Shown one piece after another: positions 10,269 through 17,718 of a stretch of DNA of 64,000 bases (position 1 is the stretch's first letter; the number at the start of each line of letters is the position of its first letter). This DNA is from Candidatus Hodarchaeota archaeon (GTDB lineage: Archaea > Asgardarchaeota > Lokiarchaeia > Sigyniarchaeales > SOKP01). The stretch lies in the NCBI GenBank assembly GCA_048887165.1, contig JBHLJZ010000006.1, positions 8,210 to 72,209 on the forward strand. The letters are read 5' to 3'. The position numbers and the translations under genes are program-made. Below the pieces are notes generated by a model, which was given only the letters and a program-made list of their open reading frames with translations, did no database searches and was not told the origin of the DNA.

Positions 10269-10721
10269 ATGGCAACAAAAGATAAAGTAAAGATTTTAGC
10301 ATTCATGTGTTGGAAGTGAGGATATGGTGCTGGGGACATGGCGGGAACTATTCGTGCTCAATATCCTGCAACAATTAGACCGATTCGAATAAACTGTACT
10401 GGAAGAGTTACTCCTGGCTTAATGATGCGAGCCATTGGTAAAGGTGCTGATGGTGTAATTGTCGCAGGATGATATGAAGGAGAATGTGATTATGAAACAG
10501 GTAATCTAATAGCGGCTAAGAATGTTGAATTCACACGTGAAATATTAAAAACTGCTGGAGTTTCACCTGAAAGAATACAATTATTTCACTGCAGTGCCGC
10601 AGAAGGACAAAAATTCCAAGAAGAAGTAACTAGAATAACAGAAATTATTGAAAATTTGGGTAGCAATCCTTTAAAAAAATCTTCAGATTCAGAAGATAAG
10701 AAAAAGAAAAAAACCGAATGA
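10269..10721 (+). CDS. mvhD: MvhD/VhuD-type hydrogenase delta subunit (HdrA electron-transfer partner), a selenoprotein with two in-frame UGA codons
   Basis: ATG at 10269, terminal TGA at 10719-10721, in-frame TGAs at 10317-10319 and 10470-10472. Translation is MATKDKVKILAFMCWK[U]GYGAGDMAGTIRAQYPATIRPIRINCTGRVTPGLMMRAIGKGADGVIVAG[U]YEGECDYETGN. This matches the MvhD pattern (CxWCxY..D.AG, R..CTGRV, GADGV.V.GCxxGxCxY) with U at Cys positions. It is absent from the ORF track because of the TGAs. Confidence 0.85.
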
Positions 10722-10744
10722 ATGAATCTTATGAAAAAAAATTA

Positions 10745-10790
10745 GTCGTAAGATGACAAACCATAAAGCAATGGTCTCGGAAAAATGTTT
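10745..10790 (+). promoter_or_regulatory. Candidate SECIS-like hairpin in the 3' UTR of hdrA-mvhD
   Basis: This is the only relatively G/C-containing hairpin in the 3' flank. The parts are AUGA (10753-10756), stem ACCAU (10760-10764) / AUGGU (10771-10775), an A-rich loop AAAGCA (10765-10770), and a 3' GA (10780-10781). That GA could form tandem sheared G.A pairs with G10755/A10756. Folded by eye only, and helix I is weak. Confidence 0.3.
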
Positions 10791-10944
10791 TAAAACTTAT
10801 TTTTTGATTTTCAGATTATAATCCTATTAATAATATAATAAAAAATTGGTAAATCTTTTTAAACTCGTGATTCTAGTTAAATCCTAATTTTAATTTCATA
10901 GAAATTAAAAGACTATTGAAAATTAAATAAAAAAGTGAAAAAAG

Positions 10945-11595
10945 ATGGGTGAAGTTACAAGTACAACAGAAAAGATTACAGCACCAAAATTACTTGCTTT
11001 CATTGGTATGCTCTATACTCTTGCCTTAGGAATTACTTATTTCTATGCTGCTGCAAATCCCCTGAACATTCTTTGGGGAATAATTTGCTTAGTTATTGCT
11101 TTCTTAATCTTTGTAGCATTAGAACTGGTCGATTTTGGACCAGTTAAAATTCCTTATCAATGGTGGCTAATACTTATCTTTGGTGTAGTTTTATTGTTAT
11201 TTGCACTCTTTTTAGGAGGTAGTTATTTTCCTGCAATTCTCCTATTATTAGCAGCCTTAATTGAAGTAATAATGGAGAAGAAACCATATAAGGCTTCAAA
11301 AATGGTTCTTTTAGTCGGTATCGGTTTTTCAATCTATGAATGTTTCGATTTATTCATATCTGGAGGAGCTATTCCTATTTTAAATGGAGTTTTCGGTTTG
11401 ATTTTACTTATTATTTTACTTCTGATCTTATTTGATGTCGTAGATTTCAAAGTCATAGATTATTCCTGGTGGTTAGTTCTACTAATAGGATTTGTCATCT
11501 TTATTTGGGTATCTCCTTTAGCAACAGGTGTTCTTACTGGATTTGGAGGAACTCTTATATTAATAGCATTTGTACTTATAATGTTGGCATTATAA
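10945..11595 (+). CDS. Integral membrane protein with an internal duplication
   Basis: 216 aa, almost entirely hydrophobic. The two halves share ELVDFGPVKIPYQWWLILIFGVV and LFDVVDFKVIDYSWWLVLLIGFV. Confidence 0.55.
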   Translation: MGEVTSTTEKITAPKLLAFIGMLYTLALGITYFYAAANPLNILWGIICLVIAFLIFVALELVDFGPVKIPYQWWLILIFGVVLLLFALFLGGSYFPAILLLLAALIEVIMEKKPYKASKMVLLVGIGFSIYECFDLFISGGAIPILNGVFGLILLIILLLILFDVVDFKVIDYSWWLVLLIGFVIFIWVSPLATGVLTGFGGTLILIAFVLIMLAL

Positions 11596-11730
11596 ACAAG
11601 TTGAAAATTTAAACATAATCAATTTTTTTTTATTTTTAATTACTATTTTAGAATCAGATCAAGATTAAGAGTAATTTTTAATTTGAAATTTAATTTATAG
11701 AAGTATTCATATAGATATTGTGAATCGTGA

Positions 11731-13038
11731 ATGGGTAAAAATTTACTAGTCAAAGCTGAAAATCAATTTCTAAAAGCTGAAAAATTATTTAAAGCCAGAC
11801 AATTTAAGAAAGCAGGGAAACTTTTCCATAATTCGGGGCAAGGTTTTCTAGAAATTCACAAGTATGAATCAGCTAGAGATAGCTTCATTAATTCTGCTAA
11901 ATCTTTTTTAGAATCTGAGAAATTTGATACTGTTCTTAAACTATATAGGTTAGCCGCTAGAGCATCCTTGCATAATGAAAGGTATCTAGAAGCTAATGAA
12001 TTGTATCGTAATGCTCTTAATTATATCTCAAATTTAAAAAGTGCTAACGATCAAAATGCTCAATATTTATTATTTTCAATATTATCATACCTATGCCTAT
12101 TTATAAAGGCTCAACAAGAAGAAGCTTTGGATTTTTTAAAAAGGATTCAAAAAAAAGTTGATAATCAATATTTTAAGGAAAGTCCTTTAATAAAAATTGC
12201 AACGAATTTAACTATTGCACTAAGAGACAAAAATAAAAGTTCAATTGAGAGAGTAAAGGATAATATAAATGATTATAAATTCAATAATGTTGAAACAGAC
12301 CTTTTAAGGAAAGCTCTGATGATAGCAGAATGTCAAACTTCTCCATTAACGTCATTTGAATTAGACAAAAAGCAATATACTACGAATGATAAGATTAAAC
12401 TCAAATTGGATGTTAAAATGAAACCATTACAAACTATTTTTGAAGATGGATTTTATAACTATAAAACTGAAAATATTGAAATAAATAAAGTCAGCATTCA
12501 TCTATCAGATAATCTTACTGTAAGCAATAAACCTAATTTTCCGCTCAAACTAGAATTAACTAATGATTTTGAAATAAATTATGTAATTAAGCCTCACTTT
12601 CAGCTTGATAAACCCTATATCGGTCCTATGGATCTAATTTTTGAATTAAATGATAATTTGTTATTTATATATACAACAAATATTATTGAACCTAATATTC
12701 TCTCTCCTCCTGCAAGTCTATCTGTCTCAATTAAAAATCTAAGACCTCCGTTAATTGGACAAACATTTCCTTTAGAGATCCTCGTTGAAAATAAAAGCGA
12801 AGGTGAAGCATTAGATGTAAATATTGATGTTGAATTTCCTGATGAATTGAAAATAATGAGAGGAACTACAAATAAACAAATATATTCTCTTAGGTCTAAT
12901 GAAGATTTGAAATGGGAAACAAATTTAAAACCCACAGAAGCAGGAGATTATGTAATAAAATTTAATATTAAATTTACCGATCCTGATCAGAATATGATTG
13001 AAGAAGTTAAAGAGTTTCCATTTTCCATAAAACTCTAG
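11731..13038 (+). CDS. Cytoplasmic protein with an N-terminal TPR-like helical repeat region and C-terminal beta-sandwich (CARDB/DUF11-like) domains
   Basis: 435 aa with no signal peptide. The first ~200 aa are helical hairpin repeats (A..F..AAK.F type). The C-terminus, PLIGQTFPLEILVENKSEGEALDVNIDVEFPDELKI...TEAGDYVIKFNIKF, resembles CARDB-type Ig-like domains. Confidence 0.45.
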   Translation: MGKNLLVKAENQFLKAEKLFKARQFKKAGKLFHNSGQGFLEIHKYESARDSFINSAKSFLESEKFDTVLKLYRLAARASLHNERYLEANELYRNALNYISNLKSANDQNAQYLLFSILSYLCLFIKAQQEEALDFLKRIQKKVDNQYFKESPLIKIATNLTIALRDKNKSSIERVKDNINDYKFNNVETDLLRKALMIAECQTSPLTSFELDKKQYTTNDKIKLKLDVKMKPLQTIFEDGFYNYKTENIEINKVSIHLSDNLTVSNKPNFPLKLELTNDFEINYVIKPHFQLDKPYIGPMDLIFELNDNLLFIYTTNIIEPNILSPPASLSVSIKNLRPPLIGQTFPLEILVENKSEGEALDVNIDVEFPDELKIMRGTTNKQIYSLRSNEDLKWETNLKPTEAGDYVIKFNIKFTDPDQNMIEEVKEFPFSIKL

Positions 13039-13050
13039 AATTAAATATTT

Positions 13051-14190
13051 TTATATTAAGATTGGATCTTTTGGAGCGTAAGTTAATAGTTCACATTTCT
13101 CCTTGCCAATAATAACATCATCTTCTAATCTTAAACCCCATTTATCAATCCAATATAATCCAGGTTCATTAGTATAAACCATATTCTCTTTAAGTGTATA
13201 TTCATCAGGCATATTCCATTTTATTCTAGCTCCAATACCATGAACCTCAAAACCAATTGGATGTCCTAAACCATGAAAGAATAATTTTTCATGATCTATT
13301 CCTTTTTCAGCAAGATATTCTCGACACTTTTTAGCAGGGAGATTATTTGGAGTACCATCAATGTAATAATTGTTTGCGACTTTTTTACAATCATAGATAA
13401 GATTATACGCATTAATAAATTCCTCTGAAGGGTTATTACCAACCCAAAATGTCCATGTAATATCAGAACACATTTGATCGATTTGCAATCCAGTATCAAT
13501 TAATAAAACACCTTGTTCAATTTTTTTATTCGAAGTATTATGATGGGGATCTGCTGAGTGTGCACCACTTCCGACAATAGCATCAAATGAAGGTTTGCCA
13601 ACCTTCATATATTCATATTCCAATTTAGCCTTAACTTCTCTTTCTGTCATCCCAATTTTCACCCAATCAGGAATACTTTCTAAAATCTCAATATTTACTT
13701 TACACACATTTCTAAAATCATCTAAATCTTCTTTTGATTTAACACTTCTAAGTTCATAAATTATAGGAGCAGCAGATAAAAGCTCCGTTTGAGGTACCAT
13801 ATCTTTTATAGAGAAATAATCTCCCGCATAGATATAATCCGCATATTCAGTTCCTGTGTCAATTAAAACATGTTCTCCAAAATTTAGAGCAAGTCGCTGT
13901 TTATCAAGTAATTTACTTAAAATTCCAATTAAATCATCTGCGGTTTTGTATATTAATACTTCTACATTTATTCCTCTGTTCTTTAATGAGCGTTTAATCA
14001 TTGGTGCTTCCATTTCAACAGAAATCACTTTATGATTTCCATCACTAGCTACATATATATAATGTCTTGCATGGGATGCAACACCTAATAAAAAGCGAGA
14101 ATTAGCATCACTATCTCCACAACAAACTATTAACCAACCATCTACATTAAGTTCTTGGAGAATTTTTTGTGCTTTCTGAAATTTATTCAT
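13051..14190 (-). CDS. M24-family Xaa-Pro aminopeptidase/dipeptidase
   Basis: 379 aa. It has a creatinase-like N-domain and a pita-bread domain with the metal-ligand motifs LLIDTG...CSDITWTF, HGLGHPIGFEVHG, YTNEPGLY and LRLEDDVII. Confidence 0.85.
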   Translation of the reverse strand: MNKFQKAQKILQELNVDGWLIVCCGDSDANSRFLLGVASHARHYIYVASDGNHKVISVEMEAPMIKRSLKNRGINVEVLIYKTADDLIGILSKLLDKQRLALNFGEHVLIDTGTEYADYIYAGDYFSIKDMVPQTELLSAAPIIYELRSVKSKEDLDDFRNVCKVNIEILESIPDWVKIGMTEREVKAKLEYEYMKVGKPSFDAIVGSGAHSADPHHNTSNKKIEQGVLLIDTGLQIDQMCSDITWTFWVGNNPSEEFINAYNLIYDCKKVANNYYIDGTPNNLPAKKCREYLAEKGIDHEKLFFHGLGHPIGFEVHGIGARIKWNMPDEYTLKENMVYTNEPGLYWIDKWGLRLEDDVIIGKEKCELLTYAPKDPILI

Positions 14191-14321
14191 AATTGTTTTC
14201 CCTTTTAGTTTTAATTACATTTAAAATTTAAAATACAACACTAAATTAAAAGTTCTTTACAATAAAAATATAAATCCTCAATCTCTTATTTCTCTATAAA
14301 ATACAAAATTTAATTGAAGAA

Positions 14322-15860
14322 ATGAAACTTAAAGTAAAAAAAATTAACTTTGAAACTGGTAATACTAAAGATATCGTTTTAAATATTAAAGACGCTCAAG
14401 AAATAGGTCAAAAAGCAGGAGAACGGGTTTTTCTTAAAAATGTTAAATCAAAATCAATTGATGATAAATTTTGGGTTGCTATTGTTCAAATAGATTATTC
14501 AGGCTTTATTGTAGAACCTGGCGAGATCGGGATTTTCTCAGATATATTAAGAGAGAAGAAGGAGTTAAAAGAGGGTAATATAATATCAGTTAAACCTGCT
14601 GATCCACCTGATTCCTTTAAATATATAAAAAAGAAGATAAATGGAGAGAAAATAGACGGAGAAGAAATAAATAAAATCATTTCAGATGCCATTTCTGGCT
14701 CACTCTCTAAAATTGATCTAGCTGCATTTATTACAGGGGTCTCAATAAACGGAATGGACAATGAAGAAATGACAGCCTTAACATTAGCAGAAGTAAGAAG
14801 TGGAGAAATCTTTTATTTCGGAATGGATGTATATGATAAGCATTCAACAGGAGGTGTTCCTGGAAATAAGGTCTCTTTAATTATAGTACCAATCGTCGCT
14901 GCTGCTGGTTTAACAATTCCAAAATCATCTACAAGGGCAATAACATCTCCTTCGGGAACAGCCGATAGTATGGAAGTTTTAGCGCCTGTTGCATTTGATT
15001 CGGATGAGTTGAAAGAAATAGTGGCAAAAGAAAATGCGTGTATTATTTGGGGAGGTGCACTTAATACATCACCAGCGGATAATATATTGATTGAAATTGA
15101 GCGTCCCCTTCATATGGATCCTATGGGACTTATGATCCCTTCAATCCTTACTAAGAAATTGTCCTTGGGTGTTAAAAAGCTTATTTTAGATATTCCGGTC
15201 GGCGAAGGTACTAAATTTCCTACTCCTGATAAAGGAAAACAGTTTGCTTATATTTTCAAAGAGATTGCTAGCAATGTTGGCATTGAGGCTGAATGTGCTT
15301 TAACATTAGCCCATCAACCAATTGGACACACAATTGGGCCGGGAATAGAAGCAAAGGAAGCTCTTACATTATTAATGAATTATGATGCCGGACCAAATTC
15401 CCTGATTGAAAAATCTACAGATTTAGCAGGGATTATACTTGAAATGGGCGGTAAAGCACAAAAAGGCTTGGGACAAGCTCTGGCTAAAGATATTTTACGA
15501 TCTGGAAAAGCTTATGAAAAAATGAAAAACATTATTGAAGCTCAGGGAGGTGATCCAGATATTAAGCCAGAAGAAATAGAATTAGGACCACATATAAAAG
15601 AATTTTATGCAACAAAAGAGGGACATATCACGGGCGTTAATAATGCAATCATTAACCAAATCGCTAAAACTGCAGGATGTCCTCATTCTAAACGCTCTGG
15701 TGTGGAAATATTTAAGAAACAAGGAGCAAGAATAAAAGAAGGAGAACTAATTTTTAAGATATATTCAGAAAGTAAATCAAAACTTAATAAAGCTGAAAAG
15801 ATTTATAATTCGACTGGAGGCCCCATTATATTAGGGGGTATGATGATAGAAAGGATTTAA
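14322..15860 (+). CDS. deoA: AMP phosphorylase (archaeal DeoA-type, thymidine phosphorylase family with N-terminal extension)
   Basis: 512 aa. An ~85-aa N-terminal extension is followed by DKHSTGGVPGNKVSLIIVPIVAAAGLTIPKSSTRAITSPSGTADSMEVL, which matches my recollection of the archaeal AMP phosphorylase signature rather than bacterial TP. Confidence 0.75.
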   Translation: MKLKVKKINFETGNTKDIVLNIKDAQEIGQKAGERVFLKNVKSKSIDDKFWVAIVQIDYSGFIVEPGEIGIFSDILREKKELKEGNIISVKPADPPDSFKYIKKKINGEKIDGEEINKIISDAISGSLSKIDLAAFITGVSINGMDNEEMTALTLAEVRSGEIFYFGMDVYDKHSTGGVPGNKVSLIIVPIVAAAGLTIPKSSTRAITSPSGTADSMEVLAPVAFDSDELKEIVAKENACIIWGGALNTSPADNILIEIERPLHMDPMGLMIPSILTKKLSLGVKKLILDIPVGEGTKFPTPDKGKQFAYIFKEIASNVGIEAECALTLAHQPIGHTIGPGIEAKEALTLLMNYDAGPNSLIEKSTDLAGIILEMGGKAQKGLGQALAKDILRSGKAYEKMKNIIEAQGGDPDIKPEEIELGPHIKEFYATKEGHITGVNNAIINQIAKTAGCPHSKRSGVEIFKKQGARIKEGELIFKIYSESKSKLNKAEKIYNSTGGPIILGGMMIERI

Positions 15861-15910
15861 CTTTTTAAACATATTTTTTAATTTAGTCACCATTAACATT
15901 TAACAGAAAA

Positions 15911-17413
15911 ATGCCCTTAACTCCTAAAGCTATTTATAAAGATCTCGAAAGTAATGAATTGGATAAATCGTCTGCTATTGAACTGTTAATTGCTTTAATA
16001 GAGAATGCTGAAAATATTAATACCCGAATAGAAAGTATTGAAATATTAGAAAAGGTTAATGTAAAAGATAAAAGGGTTTTCAGTGTTTTAGAAAATCTAT
16101 TTATCTCCGACAGTAATGATAAAGTAAGATGCATTTCCTCTAAAGTGCTAAAAAATCTTTTTTTAGATGAAGCAATTCCTGTATTAAAATGGGGATTGCA
16201 GCATGAAAAATCTGTTAGTCCTCTAATCGCCATAATAACAAATTTAGGTGAAATTAATACTAAAAAAGCAAAATCAGTTCTGCTTAAAAAAATCCAAGAG
16301 ATTAATAAAAAGAAATACAAATACAACGTTAAAAATTTAATTGAACAGAAAACTTTCGATCAGCTTTCAAATAAAGAAATAGCTGAGATATTAATAAACT
16401 ATTATGTTATATCTTCATTAAAATTGAAATTTGGCTATGTTAAATTTGAATACGATAGAAATGGTACTATTATAAATCTCGACTTATCTAATGTAGAATA
16501 TCAAGGTTTAGGATTGAATAAATTAACGAATTCTCTTGAATCGATCCTATCTCTTTCTTTTCTTAAGAAATTGGATCTTAGCAATAATCAGATAAAAAAT
16601 CTACCTGAAAATATCAAAGAATCGAAAATTTTAGAGTATTTTGATATGAGTTTTAATGATCTATCTCGACTTCCAGAATCCATTTCATCATTACCAAACC
16701 TTAAAGTGTTAAATTTGAAATCTAATCATATACGATATATCCCAGAATCAATAGGTTCGCTCGTTAACCTTGAAGTGTTAATTCTGAGGGATAATTATTT
16801 AAATAAACTACCTAATGCGATTGGATTACTTTCAAGTTTAAAGCTTTTGGATCTTCATCATAACCGACTAAATCAACTTCCTCAAAATTTTAATTCTTTA
16901 GCATCTCTAATTGAGCTTGAATTAGGTTGGAATAAATTGGAAACCGTACCAAATAATTTAAAAGGACTTATTTCTATAGAAAAGTTAAATCTTGGACGAA
17001 ATCGATTAAATGAAATTCCTAATTGGTTAGGATCCTTATATAGACTCAAAGAGCTAAATCTTTATGATAATAATCTGAAAATAGTTCCTAATTCTCTCGG
17101 TAACTTATCCCACATTCAAGTAATAAATCTTAGAAATAATAAATTTAGTGACTTACCTAATTGCTTTAAAACTCTTTCTACTCTTAAGAAATTGAATTTA
17201 AGTTGGAATAAGATATCATCGCTTCCTAATTGGATTGACTCTTTATCTTCTTTAGAAGAATTAAATCTCTGGGCTAATAATTTAAAAGAAATTCCCGAGT
17301 CAATCGCGTCACTGCCAAATTTAAAAACTTTATATTTAAATTTCAATAAAATAGATGAGTTATCTAAACCTTTACGAGCTTTAAAAGATAGAGGAGTTAC
17401 TATTAAAATTTAA
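15911..17413 (+). CDS. HEAT-like repeat + leucine-rich repeat protein (paralogue 1 of 4)
   Basis: 500 aa. The N-terminal ~200 aa contain HEAT/PBS-lyase-like hairpins (ISDSNDKVRCISSKVLKNLF). About 12 23-residue LRRs follow (LxxLxxLxLxxNxLxxLPxxIGxL). The conserved C-terminal cap is LRALKDRGVTIKI. Confidence 0.85.
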   Translation: MPLTPKAIYKDLESNELDKSSAIELLIALIENAENINTRIESIEILEKVNVKDKRVFSVLENLFISDSNDKVRCISSKVLKNLFLDEAIPVLKWGLQHEKSVSPLIAIITNLGEINTKKAKSVLLKKIQEINKKKYKYNVKNLIEQKTFDQLSNKEIAEILINYYVISSLKLKFGYVKFEYDRNGTIINLDLSNVEYQGLGLNKLTNSLESILSLSFLKKLDLSNNQIKNLPENIKESKILEYFDMSFNDLSRLPESISSLPNLKVLNLKSNHIRYIPESIGSLVNLEVLILRDNYLNKLPNAIGLLSSLKLLDLHHNRLNQLPQNFNSLASLIELELGWNKLETVPNNLKGLISIEKLNLGRNRLNEIPNWLGSLYRLKELNLYDNNLKIVPNSLGNLSHIQVINLRNNKFSDLPNCFKTLSTLKKLNLSWNKISSLPNWIDSLSSLEELNLWANNLKEIPESIASLPNLKTLYLNFNKIDELSKPLRALKDRGVTIKI

Positions 17414-17478
17414 ATATCTACATTTCGATATATAACTAATTTCATTTAATTATCTCAAATAATTCAAAAGCTTTAGAA

Positions 17479-17718
17479 ATGGCAAATAAATTAAAAATTA
17501 TTACTGATGAAAATTTATGCACTGGTTGCAGAAATTGCCAACTAATATGTTCTTTTAACATCAGTGGAAAATTTTCAATAGAAAAAGCCTATATTAAGAT
17601 TGAAAATGCTTATGCCCTTCTCCCCCATATTAAGTTTCTGGACGAATGTACTAAATGTGGACTTTGTGTGCAATATTGTCTATACGGAGCTCTTAAGGAG
17701 GAAGGTGATTACACTTAG
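17479..17718 (+). CDS. Small 2x[4Fe-4S]-type ferredoxin, AOR-associated
   Basis: 79 aa with CTGCRNCQLIC and CTKCGLCVQYC. Its stop overlaps the GTG start of the downstream AOR gene (TAGTG). Confidence 0.8.
   Translation: MANKLKIITDENLCTGCRNCQLICSFNISGKFSIEKAYIKIENAYALLPHIKFLDECTKCGLCVQYCLYGALKEEGDYT

Noticed and set aside
10719-10745. The terminal TGA of mvhD (10719-10721) as a fifth Sec codon
   Set aside because: Readthrough would add only 7 residues (MNLMKKN) before a TAG. The MvhD homology is already complete, so I treat it as the true stop.
10888-10910. Perfect 10-bp AT-only inverted repeat (ttttaatttc-ata-gaaattaaaa) upstream of the membrane-protein gene, and an 8-bp palindrome at 4723-4740 upstream of hisS
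   Set aside because: By a rough estimate (per-pair complementarity about 0.29), one or more such palindromes are expected by chance in 64 kb of a genome this AT-rich. There is no second copy or conserved context to support an operator or terminator call.
12615-12935. Antisense and shadow ORFs throughout the window, for example 3698-3895, 4034-4216, 6445-6741, 7692-7910, 8629-8883, 8945-9169, 12615-12935, 13296-13499, 14495-14761, 15934-16326, 17116-17346, 19893-20084, 25711-25956, 26060-26362, 26411-26635, 26859-27107, 28351-28578, 29426-29608, 29748-29954 and 30333-30608
   Set aside because: Each overlaps a longer ORF on the opposite strand (or in another frame) that has clear family motifs. 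None has a recognisable motif or its own intergenic context.
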